From Planctomycetaceae bacterium (GTDB lineage Bacteria; Planctomycetota; Planctomycetia; Planctomycetales; Planctomycetaceae), in contig CANJZR010000001.1 in NCBI GenBank assembly GCA_947479075.1, positions 1-35,680 on the forward strand: a DNA stretch of 35,680 nucleotides. Reading direction: 5' to 3'. The notes beneath the pieces were generated by a model. That model was given only the letters and a program-made list of their open reading frames with translations, ran no database searches and had not been told where the DNA came from. Positions 1 through 9,189 of the stretch are shown here, one piece after another. Positions within the stretch are counted from its first letter, which is position 1. Each line of letters opens with the position of its first letter. The position numbers were made by a program, and so were the translations under genes.

Positions 1-3000
1 CGATCGTTCGGAGTGCCGAGTGCGTGTGATTCAGCGGGACAAGCTGGACCGCAGTGTGAGTCAACTCCAGCATCAACTCCGATTTGTGGCGTCCCTCTTC
101 ACCCACGGCAGTGAGGACCTGCTCTCGGGTGATGTCGACGCCCGCATGTTTGAAGAGCCCGGTGAGCGCGGTGTTCAGCTGCCGCTGAACCTCCACCGGC
201 AGGTCAGCCATCCACCCCAGTTCGACAACACTGGCCAGCAGCCACCCTTCCAGGTCTTCCCAACGTAAAATGGCGGGACGATCGGGATGGTGAGAATTGT
301 GCAGCTCGATATCAAATCGATTGGTGGCTGGGAGCAATTTCTTCAGAGTGACCTGGGCTCCCCCAAGCAAATGGGTCTCCTCCAGCAGAGCGCAGAAGTC
401 TCGCTCCACGAAACGTCGAACAGCCAGACTGACCTCGTCAATGGCTGCCAGTTGGCGTGTTGAGCGATATCCATGTCCTGGGTCGGACTCCAGACGCAGC
501 GCACTGCGCAGCTTGGTGTAAATCTTGGCGAGCGTGCCGGAGCGGAACCCCGGTCGTAACAGTCCGGAGATCGACTCGCCATGGCTTCCCACACGAACAG
601 GGCGCATCCCTTTCGGGCGGTTCGCGACATACAGCTGCCAGTTCTCCTTCAGCTCCCAGACGAGGAACCCGATCACGCCCGGGGCCAGCAACACGATCGT
701 ACTGGCGATGGCGAGCGCCGTGGCCTCGGTCATGCGAGTCACGCCCACGGAGTTATGGATCAGCGTCTTCAGGTGGAACGTGTAGGGCAACAGGATCTTG
801 TGAGAGATCGTCACCACCGGAAAGTGTTTGATCGGATTGATCTGCGGCTCGACCAGCAGCGTGACCACAAAGCGGATCACATAGGACACGATCGCCCAGA
901 CCGAGCCAATGATGATCTTCAGCAGCACAAACCTTCGCGGGTCGCCTGAACGGAATCGCAACCACTCATCCACGGTGTACAGCGACTGCTCGATCCACTG
1001 CATCGCGTCGTAGAACAGATCCATCACCAGATGGTAAATCACCGCGAAAATGCGGAATCGCAACTCATGCCAGGCTCGGACGCAGATATCCAGTACGCGC
1101 TCTTCCAGAGAACGGCCCGCTGGCGAGTTCAGAAACAGATTCAGGATGAGGAAATTGTCAAACCAAGTTCGCAGGGATAACGACTTGAAGAACAGGAGCT
1201 GAGCAGTCCCCACCAGAACCAGTGTCACCATTGCCGGGCGGAGAACGTAACTCTTGAAGATCGCAAAGCCTCGACTATCGAGAACGCGGTGGACCAGCGG
1301 AGAGTCGATGACCGAGACCGGGAGCTCATAGACGAGCCAGCGCGAGGCGTTCCACATCCGAGTCAGGAACTTGACCACGCTGCGACGGAACTTCGAGCGA
1401 TGCAGAATCATCCACAGGAAGATGCCCAGAACTGCCCAAGCGGCATAGAACGACCGGGGCAGCGTCTTCTTCTGAGCCAGTTCAGCCGCAGCTGTGTTGC
1501 CTTTGCTGGCTGAGCCCAATGCGTCGGCGGCCTTGGCGGCCAGATTCTCGCCCGCATCCTGAATGGTCTCGACGACACTACTGAGTGGAGCGGATTTCTT
1601 GGTCTCGGCCGGTTTCTCGGCCTCTTCTTCCTCATCCACTGCAGCAGCGTCGGCCCCCTCAGATGTTGGTGTCGCTGAAGGGTCTGAGTTGGTTTCGACG
1701 ACTTGATCAGCGGTACTCGGCTTCTCTTCGGCAGGAGTTTCTGTCAGTGGAGATGCATTCGGTACCACAACCGTTTCGGTCGGTAGTGGAGTCGTCTCCG
1801 TGGTGGGAGCTGCAGTGGGAGCGGTTGCGGTTGCACCGGGTTGAGTGGACTGAACTTGAGCCACGACGGGAGTGGGAGGCACGGCCGGTGCCGGGAAGAA
1901 TCCTTCCCAGACATGCAGCAGCACCGCCAACGCGATGTAAGCGCCTCCGAAGGGGAGCACCACGTGCCTCACCAGAAGACGGCCGATTCTGGTCCCGAAC
2001 GCCAGTGAACTGAGCCGCTGCGACGCCCGCAGATAGACTGCTCCCGGACGATAGACACCATCCAGAACCTGAGCCAGTTTTCGATCGGCTCTCAGCAGTC
2101 GATCCCCCCAGGCCAATTCCAGTGGCCCGGACACATCAGGCAGTTTCAGGCTGTTCTGTGAGAGGGCATCTCGCACATCGCCCATGGTGATGAACCCGCG
2201 TTCGACCAGTCGGTCGAGGAGGCTCTCGATCACTTTGCGGCGGGCGACTCGCTCGGGAATGTTCTGCGGAACGAGTCCCACGTCATCAAACGTCGATTCA
2301 ATCAAGGGCCGAACCGTCTGACGCAGGTCCTGATCGGAGCGAGTTTGCACTTCGCGAATCAGTGTCAGCAGTCGCTGGCGATCAGCGGCGGAGATACGGA
2401 TGGATGAGGCCCGGTCCGCGGTGGTTCGCAGGTACTTCGCACTCTGGACTGTCTCCAGCAGTGGCAGTTGTCGTCGCAGCGGGGCCCTGCCGAACGTCAG
2501 CAGCCAGCGCCACACGTCGAAGCGGTAGACACCGCGTTCATGGGCCACGCAGACCTTCTGCAGGTCATAGAGGATGCGAGCTTCGAGGCTGCGGTATCCC
2601 AGCAAGGCCCGGTCGAGCAGCGGACACAGGGCCCGCCACCACGCCTCCATTTCAGAGTCGCTCAGCTTCCAGACGGCCTGGAGTCGCTTCGCCAGCAACA
2701 GCAGATAATCTTCGGCCGCACGCCGGTGGTTCTCCGCTGAACCGGGATCCGACTTCTGGGCTCGCAGGCAGAGGATCGCGGCCTTCACCTGGTTCCCGAC
2801 CTTGCTCGCACGCTCCGCTTTGGTCAGCAGTCGGTCTGACAGCGGCGGGTCATGCGCCACGGTCCGGTGAGTGGCCACGGGGACCGGCTTGTCTGATTCG
2901 TGGCGTGGACTGCCCGACCGTGCCGCCTCAGCTCCATGTGGGACGATGCGTTCCGGCGTGCCGACCGGCTGAGTCTCGCGGTACCAGAGTTCGTGGGGCA

Positions 3001-3631
3001 GCTGATTCCAGATCGGATCGAGCGTTCTCCAGTCACGAATCGCGGGAAAGAACAGCTTCTGATCCCAGGGAGCAAAGTACTTGAGTTCAAGAGCGACGGC
3101 CATGAACTCAACGAACGCTCCTTCGTCGTCCTGTGGCGGGAGCAGCAGTTCGTCCTTGGCGAGTACCTGCCGAATCTCCGCAAACTCACCCGCTCCGATC
3201 AGCTGAATGAACCCGGCGATTTGAGTGGAATTCAGCAGCTGGTCTTCGATTCGCTGCTCGACCTCGGCATGAACCCGGCCGTGGAAGGCCAGACGCCAGA
3301 AATAATGCAGCCGCTCTTCACTGGTGAGGCGGGCGAACTCTTCATCGTCGGTCGGGCGACCCAGCAGGATGATGCGTCGAGGGAGTTCTTCGGCGGGTGA
3401 CAGCCCCAGCTCCGAGCGGTCGGCGATGATCAGCAGCCGCTCACGCTCGATCGTGTAGACCCGGGAATGCGGCACCCGCAAGCCGAGACCCGGAATTCGC
3501 CGATCCTGAATGATCACCCGACGCAGAATTCGGGGCTCCACGAACAGCACGCGCGGATCAGCCTGAGACACGAGGGTCTCAATCGCTTCCATGGAAAGAA
3601 CGGGTGGCGTCGCTGGAGAGTCGGCAGTCAT
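1..3631 (-). CDS. Large conserved-hypothetical membrane protein (at least 1210 aa); the C-terminus lies beyond the left window edge
   Basis: My own minus-strand translation from the ATG at 3631-3629 (MTADSPATPPVLSMEAIETLVSQADPRVLFVEP...) stays open to position 2. It is missing from the ORF track because no stop lies in the window. There is an alternative in-frame ATG at 3592. The architecture is a roughly 560-aa soluble N-terminal part, a Pro/Thr/Ala/Glu-rich low-complexity linker (approx 1530-1900), then several hydrophobic helices (e.g. AWAVLGIFLWMIL, VLLKIIIGSVWAIVSYVIRFVVTLLV). The plus-strand ORFs listed over this span have Arg/Pro/Gly/Ser-rich shadow composition. I recognise no family. 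Confidence 0.8.
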   Translation of the reverse strand, partial: MTADSPATPPVLSMEAIETLVSQADPRVLFVEPRILRRVIIQDRRIPGLGLRVPHSRVYTIERERLLIIADRSELGLSPAEELPRRIILLGRPTDDEEFARLTSEERLHYFWRLAFHGRVHAEVEQRIEDQLLNSTQIAGFIQLIGAGEFAEIRQVLAKDELLLPPQDDEGAFVEFMAVALELKYFAPWDQKLFFPAIRDWRTLDPIWNQLPHELWYRETQPVGTPERIVPHGAEAARSGSPRHESDKPVPVATHRTVAHDPPLSDRLLTKAERASKVGNQVKAAILCLRAQKSDPGSAENHRRAAEDYLLLLAKRLQAVWKLSDSEMEAWWRALCPLLDRALLGYRSLEARILYDLQKVCVAHERGVYRFDVWRWLLTFGRAPLRRQLPLLETVQSAKYLRTTADRASSIRISAADRQRLLTLIREVQTRSDQDLRQTVRPLIESTFDDVGLVPQNIPERVARRKVIESLLDRLVERGFITMGDVRDALSQNSLKLPDVSGPLELAWGDRLLRADRKLAQVLDGVYRPGAVYLRASQRLSSLAFGTRIGRLLVRHVVLPFGGAYIALAVLLHVWEGFFPAPAVPPTPVVAQVQSTQPGATATAPTAAPTTETTPLPTETVVVPNASPLTETPAEEKPSTADQVVETNSDPSATPTSEGADAAAVDEEEEAEKPAETKKSAPLSSVVETIQDAGENLAAKAADALGSASKGNTAAAELAQKKTLPRSFYAAWAVLGIFLWMILHRSKFRRSVVKFLTRMWNASRWLVYELPVSVIDSPLVHRVLDSRGFAIFKSYVLRPAMVTLVLVGTAQLLFFKSLSLRTWFDNFLILNLFLNSPAGRSLEERVLDICVRAWHELRFRIFAVIYHLVMDLFYDAMQWIEQSLYTVDEWLRFRSGDPRRFVLLKIIIGSVWAIVSYVIRFVVTLLVEPQINPIKHFPVVTISHKILLPYTFHLKTLIHNSVGVTRMTEATALAIASTIVLLAPGVIGFLVWELKENWQLYVANRPKGMRPVRVGSHGESISGLLRPGFRSGTLAKIYTKLRSALRLESDPGHGYRSTRQLAAIDEVSLAVRRFVERDFCALLEETHLLGGAQVTLKKLLPATNRFDIELHNSHHPDRPAILRWEDLEGWLLASVVELGWMADLPVEVQRQLNTALTGLFKHAGVDITREQVLTAVGEEGRHKSELMLELTHTAVQLVPLNHTHSALRTI

Positions 3632-3744
3632 GGCACCAGTGTATAACAACTGTCGGACTTTGCCTCCCGACCGCGTCGCATCAGCCCGTGTTGGTCTATG
3701 AATTCGAGCTTATGACCTTCAAGGCTGGCCTCTGCGATTGCATG

Positions 3745-4344
3745 TCACCCTGTTCGTTCTGCAGGCGAGAGCTGCTTAAACTCCCGAATCAGCAGGTAGA
3801 ACGCGATGAAATCGTAAACCCCATGGGCCACGATCGGAGCGAGCAGATTCCGCACTCCGGTCGCATTGGCCAGATAGTGCATCGCAAAACCAATCGCGGT
3901 CGTTGTCAGAAAGTAATTCCGAGACAGAGCGTGCAGCAGGCCAAAGGCCACATTGCTGGCAATCAAGGCCAACCACGGGTTGATCCGGCTGAGTCCCGAG
4001 TAGATCACTCCGCGAAACAGGAGTTCCTCGCCCACCCCCGCGAGAGCTGCTAACACTACCAGGTCGTACCATCGGCACTGGCTGAGCGACTCGCCCAGCG
4101 AGTTGATCGCGAGTTTGCGAAGTCCCGGACTGAAGAGATATAGCCCGAACATCGGAGCGACAGCCAGCAGGCCGAACAGCAGACTTTGCGAATCCCAGCG
4201 GATCAACGACAGCGGATCCAGATGGATGGCCCAGCCAATCAGGAATGCAAAGAACACGACACCGCCCTGCACCCACGCCGCCAGAGTGAGGAAGCGGCTG
4301 CGGCTTAATGCGGGGGGCGGGGGTTCGATGGAAGTGTGGGACAT
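3745..4344 (-). CDS. CPBP family intramembrane glutamic endopeptidase (CAAX protease / Abi-like)
   Basis: All three CPBP motifs are present: GEELLFRG (EExxxR), FGLLHAL (FxxxH) and HGVYDF (HxxxD), and the protein is multi-TM. I moved the start to the ATG at 4344 (MSHTSIEPPPP...), because the track start at 4479 would overlap the 3' end of bioA. Confidence 0.85.
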   Translation of the reverse strand: MSHTSIEPPPPALSRSRFLTLAAWVQGGVVFFAFLIGWAIHLDPLSLIRWDSQSLLFGLLAVAPMFGLYLFSPGLRKLAINSLGESLSQCRWYDLVVLAALAGVGEELLFRGVIYSGLSRINPWLALIASNVAFGLLHALSRNYFLTTTAIGFAMHYLANATGVRNLLAPIVAHGVYDFIAFYLLIREFKQLSPAERTG

Positions 4345-4390
4345 GGAATTCCAATAGTAGGACAGGCGTTCCTGCCTGTCTCTCTTTGCT

Positions 4391-4410
4391 CGATCCGGCT
4401 CGATCCGGCT
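4391..4410. repeat. Exact tandem duplication of the 10-mer CGATCCGGCT (2 copies), directly downstream of the bioA stop
   Basis: Read directly: 4391-4400 and 4401-4410 are identical. The bioA stop codon is the complement of 4412-4414. Confidence 0.9.
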
Positions 4411-4411
4411 T

Positions 4412-5788
4412 TTACGCCGAGCGGGTCGCCTCGTCGATCGATTCCAGCAGTGTCTGGCACAGACGCCGTACCAGGTCACCGGGCATCGCGGGAGCAGGAA
4501 TCAGGGTGACCACATCGCCAATTGGTCGAATGATCGCGCCTCGACGGCGGGCCGCCAGCGTGACCTGGTGCCCCATTCGTAGTTTCGACGGAAAGGCCAA
4601 CTGCGTCGCACGGTCCTGAACAAGCTCGATCCCGATCAGGATGCCGCGCTGGCGAATCTCACCCACATGCGGATGAGAGAGCAACGGGGCGAGTTCCCGC
4701 TCAATCAGCATCGCGTTGGCATTCACGTTCTCCAGCACATGGTTCTGCTCGAACAACTGGAGCGACGCAATCGCAGCTGCACAACCGAGGGCGTTCCCGG
4801 TGTAAGTGTGACCATGATAAAAGGTGCGGCCAGCTTCTGGCGGTCCGAGAAAGTTCTCGAAGATCGCGTCTGTACACAGCGTCGCGGCCAGCGGCAGATA
4901 CCCACCACTGATCCCCTTGCCCAGACAGAGCAAGTCGGGCTCCACCTGTTCCTGCTCACACGCAAAGAGTGTCCCCGTACGGCCGAACCCGACAGCCACT
5001 TCATCGGCGATCAGCAGGATGCCATGCCGCCGGGTGACTTCGCGCACCTTCCGCAGATACCCTGGCGGATGCACCTGAATCCCGGCAGCTCCCTGCACCA
5101 GTGGTTCGATGATCAGTGCCGCCAGTTCGTGGCGGTGCTCGGTCACCACGCGTTCCAACTCGGCTTCGCAGTGTGCCAGCCAGCTGGCAGCGTTGTGGCC
5201 TTCGGGCAAGCGATATCCGCTGGGACAGGGGAGCATGATCGTGGGGAAGAGGAGCCCGCCGTACATGGAGTGGAAGCGTTCTACGCGGCCGACGCTGACC
5301 GCTCCCAGAGTGTCGCCGTGGTAACCCCCGCCGATCGCGGCAAAGAGTGTTCGGTCCTCGCCACCGCCCGGCTTCTGGCGGTGCGATTGCACGGCGATCT
5401 TGAGGGCCGCCTCCACAGCTGTGGCACCACTGTCGGAGTAGAAGACCTTGGTCAGCCCTGTGGGCACTCGCTCGACGAGCATGCGAGCGAGTTCGATCGA
5501 TGGAGGCGAGCCCAGCCCCAGCAGAGTCGAGTGCCCGATCCGGTTCAACTGATCGCGTATGGCTTCGTCGATTGCCGGGACGCGGTGACCGTGGACGTTG
5601 CACCACAGCGACGATGTCCCATCGAGGTAACGTCTCCCAGCGACATCGATCACCTCGAAGCCGTCGCCCGATTCGATGATTGGGGCTTCCTCCTCGCGGT
5701 AGGCCTGCATGGCTGTGAAGGGATGCCAGACGTGGGCATTGTCCCAGTCTCGAAGTTGGCTTGAAGTTGGTCGCAAAGGGAAAGTCAT
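4412..5788 (-). CDS. bioA: Adenosylmethionine-8-amino-7-oxononanoate aminotransferase (biotin synthesis)
   Basis: This is a class-III PLP aminotransferase with BioA-type features: HVWHPFT near the N-terminus, [11 protein letters not shown], and the PLP-lysine context [13 protein letters not shown]. The start is either the ATG at 5788 (MTFPLRP...) or the track's TTG at 5806. Neither has a clear SD. Confidence 0.9.
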   Translation of the reverse strand: MTFPLRPTSSQLRDWDNAHVWHPFTAMQAYREEEAPIIESGDGFEVIDVAGRRYLDGTSSLWCNVHGHRVPAIDEAIRDQLNRIGHSTLLGLGSPPSIELARMLVERVPTGLTKVFYSDSGATAVEAALKIAVQSHRQKPGGGEDRTLFAAIGGGYHGDTLGAVSVGRVERFHSMYGGLLFPTIMLPCPSGYRLPEGHNAASWLAHCEAELERVVTEHRHELAALIIEPLVQGAAGIQVHPPGYLRKVREVTRRHGILLIADEVAVGFGRTGTLFACEQEQVEPDLLCLGKGISGGYLPLAATLCTDAIFENFLGPPEAGRTFYHGHTYTGNALGCAAAIASLQLFEQNHVLENVNANAMLIERELAPLLSHPHVGEIRQRGILIGIELVQDRATQLAFPSKLRMGHQVTLAARRRGAIIRPIGDVVTLIPAPAMPGDLVRRLCQTLLESIDEATRSA

Positions 5789-5983
5789 GCCGCAGAGTGT
5801 TTTCAATTGTCAGTGAAGAAGGAGCGTGTTTTTACTCACCCGAAGTGTCAGCGAGGGCGAGCGGAGATGTGCCATTGAATCGCATTAGAGGGTGATTCGA
5901 TTGCTCATCTGTCGCTTGTGTCCGGTCATGGATTCAGTCGACGCCGAGAGACGTTTGCCCTCGCTGACGCGTCGGGGGGGGGA

Positions 5984-7540
5984 TCAAGGTTCGACCGAAA
6001 CTTCGCGCCCATCGAGCAGCGTCAGTTCCACCGGTTCTGTCTGGCCGTCGACCGCCATGGAGAACTCCAGCGGCGTTTGCACGGATTTCCCCGCGACTTG
6101 TGCGATGAAGTCACCCACTCGCAGACCCGCGGCGAAACCGGATTCCCCCTCTTCGGCTGAGGTCACGACGACTGCCCGGGGGTAGCGGATCATGGAGTCG
6201 GTTGGCATGTAGCGGCGGCGGGCTGTGGGGTAATCGACGCGGATGCCGCGCCAGACAGGGTGGCGGGGATGAGGGGCGATGATGGAGCTGTCGTCGTAGA
6301 CCGGCCACTTCCCGAGCCGAACCGTACGCTCCAGCCGCTCGTTGCGACCCGGACGCCAGACATCGAGCCGAGCCATCGCATCCGGCCCCAGCAACCCGAC
6401 CTTCAACATGAGGTCGGCCTTCCCCGTGATGGGCTGGTCGTTGATTGCCAGGATACAGTCGCCGCTCTTCAAGTCAGCCTGATCGGCTGGCGATTCATAA
6501 CCGACCACCGACAGCTTGGCTGAGGTGACGGGGAGGGCCTTCCCCTCTTTGTCGGTGAGCACGCTTAAGAGCGTGTCGTCGGGGACGACACCGAGATAAC
6601 CATACTCGACTTCATTTCCATCGAGCAGTGAATTCACGATCCGGCGAACCTCGCTGTCAAACGGGATGGCAAAGCCGACCGATGACTCATACCCCCGCAA
6701 GGCGGCCAGCGAAGTCGCCATGCCTACCAGCTTCCCCTCGGGGTTGACCACAGCTGCGCCGCTGGTCCCGAGTTGCAGCCGCAGGTCCACATGCAGCAGG
6801 GCACCATACTCGAAGATTGTGCCCGATTCGTCACCCGAGTTCGGACGCACTTCCCCTTCGGAGGGACGTCTCGAAATATTGCTGATCATGCCGAGGCTCA
6901 CGCTGGCTGAACCGTCTCGGGCGATGGCATAGGGATTTCCCAGTCCGAGGACGAGGCTCCCCTTTCGAAGCTTCTCGGCTTCACCAAAGGTGAAGGTCGG
7001 CACCTTGTCCGGGGTGAGTCCCGAGGGCTCCAGTTCGAGTTTCAGAATCGCCAGGTCGCTGCGTTCGTCCTGGTTATAGAGTGTCCCGGCCACGACGTGT
7101 TTTGTGGCGAGCTTGATGAAGTAGCGAGCTTCGTCCTGGCGGCTGGCTCCGCGACGACGACTGCCGGTGATGACGTGCCGGGGTGTCAGCACGTACCGCG
7201 ACCCATCGTCGGGCTCACGGGCCAGAATGACACCGCTGGCGAACTCCTGCGGGATGAAAGACGGATCGACCGGGCTGGGAGGAAGTCGGGAACCGAAGAT
7301 GTCCCCGGGATTCTCCTCACGTTGCAGGTCTTCAGGCATCACTCGCGCGATGGCTACGACAGCTCCCTCGCACCTCGCGACGACGTCGATCAGGCTCTGC
7401 TCAAAGGCCTGGAGCACGGCTGGACCAACACCTGGGCCAGCGGGTGCGGCGTCCTGGGCATTCACGATTCCCGCAGCACCGAGGCACATGGCCAGCCCGA
7501 GCAGACCGTTCCAGATCGCGGCAGAGCGAATCGTCAGCAT
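5984..7540 (-). CDS. Secreted trypsin-like (S1C, HtrA/DegP-like) serine protease with two PDZ-like domains
   Basis: Candidate catalytic contexts are TPRHVI (His), SDLAILK (Asp) and GTSGAAVVNPEGKLVGM (Ser). C-terminal PDZ-like segments are KSGDCILAINDQPI and LRVGDFIAQVAGKSV. The start is set at the ATG at 7540 (MLTIRSAAIWNGLLGLAMCLGAAGIVNAQ, signal-peptide-like), which is preceded by GAGGAGG on the minus strand. Confidence 0.85.
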   Translation of the reverse strand: MLTIRSAAIWNGLLGLAMCLGAAGIVNAQDAAPAGPGVGPAVLQAFEQSLIDVVARCEGAVVAIARVMPEDLQREENPGDIFGSRLPPSPVDPSFIPQEFASGVILAREPDDGSRYVLTPRHVITGSRRRGASRQDEARYFIKLATKHVVAGTLYNQDERSDLAILKLELEPSGLTPDKVPTFTFGEAEKLRKGSLVLGLGNPYAIARDGSASVSLGMISNISRRPSEGEVRPNSGDESGTIFEYGALLHVDLRLQLGTSGAAVVNPEGKLVGMATSLAALRGYESSVGFAIPFDSEVRRIVNSLLDGNEVEYGYLGVVPDDTLLSVLTDKEGKALPVTSAKLSVVGYESPADQADLKSGDCILAINDQPITGKADLMLKVGLLGPDAMARLDVWRPGRNERLERTVRLGKWPVYDDSSIIAPHPRHPVWRGIRVDYPTARRRYMPTDSMIRYPRAVVVTSAEEGESGFAAGLRVGDFIAQVAGKSVQTPLEFSMAVDGQTEPVELTLLDGREVSVEP

Positions 7541-7758
7541 GGAGTTGCCTCCTCGGTGAATGGGTGTCGCACACATGGCATCACGGACTGCGTTACGGGC
7601 ACTCGATGGGGTGTTGTTCGCGGACATCATACGTGAACGACCTGTCGAACAGGCAAGGGTGGCCTGCACACAGGCCAGTCGGGATCGATTTCCATTACAA
7701 TCGCGAAGCTGACCCCATCAAGGGCGCCCCATTCCTTAAGACATCCGAGACCGAAGCA

Positions 7759-9132
7759 GTGCGCTGGACTCTGCGGCTTCAGATCCTGGTCCCCTTTGTC
7801 CTGCTGTCGCTGGGAGTCATTGTGGCCACCAGCGTGATCACCGTGGCCACAGCTGTCCGCCAGATCGAGCAGGAACGCGACGAGCAGCTGCAGGCGGAAG
7901 TCCAGACTCTGGCCATTGCCAGCTTTCCATTGAATGATGCCGTCTTGCAGCGGCTCAAGGTACTCTCCGGGGCCGATGTGGTCGTCCTGCAGCAGGGACA
8001 GCTGCAGGGCTCGACGCTCCCCGGACTCACGACGCAACTGATGGCAGCGTCGACGGGAAACGAACTGGAATGGCAAGGTCAAGATTACCGTCTTGCCCGG
8101 GCCCAGCAGCAACCGCCCGTCGGTGAGCGTGAGCTGGTTCTCCTTCGTCCACTCCGCAGTGTGTGGGAAACTCAATCACAACTGCTTCAGGCGGTCACCT
8201 GGCTCTGTCTGGCGGCGGCAGCTGTCGTGTTGTTGATCTCTGCGTTCCTCGCCCGTCGAGTGGTGGGACGCCTCAAGCAGATCCAGCACCAACTTTCAGA
8301 GATCGCCGCGCATCGATACGCATCTCAGCCACTCATTGGCCCACATGACGAGTTGCAGGAGCTGCAGGGGTCGACCAATCAGCTGGCTGAACGCATGGGA
8401 CGCTTCGAGCGGGAGATTGCTCAGACGGAGCGGTTGCGACTGCTGGCCCAGCTGACCGGTGGGCTGGCTCACACGCTGCGGAACTCGATTACAGGGGCCA
8501 AACTCGCCGTCCAGCTGCATCAGAAACGCTGCCCCGCAGGAGACAAGGAAGACAGCCTCGCCGTCGCCCGGCAACAGCTGGAGCTGACCCAGGAACAGAT
8601 CACCGCCATGCTGGCGCTGGGAACTCCGCAGGCCCGGCCAGCAGAAGTGGGCGACCTGCGGCAGATTCTGGGGGATTTGTCTCGGTTGCTCGATGCGGTA
8701 TGTAAGCACCATCAGGTCGACTTCCGCGTGCAGGTCGATCTCTCGGAAATTGACTCCCGCGTCCGGGATCAGGCCCGGGCACGGGGGGCGATTTTAAATT
8801 TGGCCCTCAATGCGATCGAAGCTGCGGGGCCGGGCGGCTGTATTACTGTGCGAGGATGGCGCACTGAGGAACGTATCGCGATTGATGTGACCGATACGGG
8901 GCAAGGTCCCCCCGCGGAGCTGGGGGAGTCGATCGCCGATCCCTTTGTCACGACTAAGGAAGCGGGCGTTGGGCTGGGGTTGATGCTGGCTCGTCAGGCC
9001 GCCGAGGGAGAGGGCGGGGACCTGACTTGGGGACGTGCGGATGGGACCACTTTCTTCCGCATGAGCTGGCCCGCTTCCGCGAATCAGGAACCCTCTCGGC
9101 CGGAATCGGGTTTCATCTTGACTCCGCAGTGA
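7759..9132 (+). CDS. Membrane sensor histidine kinase (two TM helices, periplasmic loop, HAMP, DHp and HATPase domains)
   Basis: H-box LTGGLAHTLRNSITGAKL, N-box ILNLALNAIEA, G1 DVTDTGQG, G2 EAGVGLGLMLARQ. A HAMP-like segment follows the second TM helix (LLISAFLARRVVGRLKQIQ). The start is uncertain. The GTG at 7759 (VRWTLRLQILVPF...) gives a short basic N-terminus followed by a TM helix. An in-frame ATG at 7606 is the alternative. The track start at 7444 would overlap the divergent protease gene. Confidence 0.8.
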   Translation: MRWTLRLQILVPFVLLSLGVIVATSVITVATAVRQIEQERDEQLQAEVQTLAIASFPLNDAVLQRLKVLSGADVVVLQQGQLQGSTLPGLTTQLMAASTGNELEWQGQDYRLARAQQQPPVGERELVLLRPLRSVWETQSQLLQAVTWLCLAAAAVVLLISAFLARRVVGRLKQIQHQLSEIAAHRYASQPLIGPHDELQELQGSTNQLAERMGRFEREIAQTERLRLLAQLTGGLAHTLRNSITGAKLAVQLHQKRCPAGDKEDSLAVARQQLELTQEQITAMLALGTPQARPAEVGDLRQILGDLSRLLDAVCKHHQVDFRVQVDLSEIDSRVRDQARARGAILNLALNAIEAAGPGGCITVRGWRTEERIAIDVTDTGQGPPAELGESIADPFVTTKEAGVGLGLMLARQAAEGEGGDLTWGRADGTTFFRMSWPASANQEPSRPESGFILTPQ

Positions 9133-9189
9133 TTTCTCAGGCATAACCCCCTCTGAAATCAAGGATTTCTCTGGCAGGGAGGCTGGAGC

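Noticed and set aside
2362-3084. A 240-aa plus-strand ORF, with neighbours at 1585-2013 and 2900-3400, inside the first 3.6 kb.
   Set aside because: The Arg/Pro/Gly/Ser-rich sequences are out-of-frame shadows of the continuous minus-strand ORF 1-3631. That ORF is the only reading that stays open for 3.6 kb.
4667-5764. A 365-aa plus-strand ORF opposite bioA. Similar long antisense ORFs lie at 13042-14226 (opposite the M20 peptidase), 22423-23367 (opposite atpB), 25248-26102 and 26199-27014 (opposite atpA/atpG), 10070-10936 (opposite HTTM) and 16018-16611 (opposite ilvN).
   Set aside because: Each lies entirely within a gene that has clear family motifs on the other strand, and each has Arg/Gly/His/Asp-rich shadow composition. 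They are treated as compositional artefacts.
7444-7758. The long N-terminal extension of the histidine kinase ORF in the track.
   Set aside because: The first 97 nt would overlap the divergent protease CDS. The stretch contains rare AGG codons and no domain. The kinase's first TM helix follows the GTG at 7759. The ATG at 7606 is kept as the alternative.
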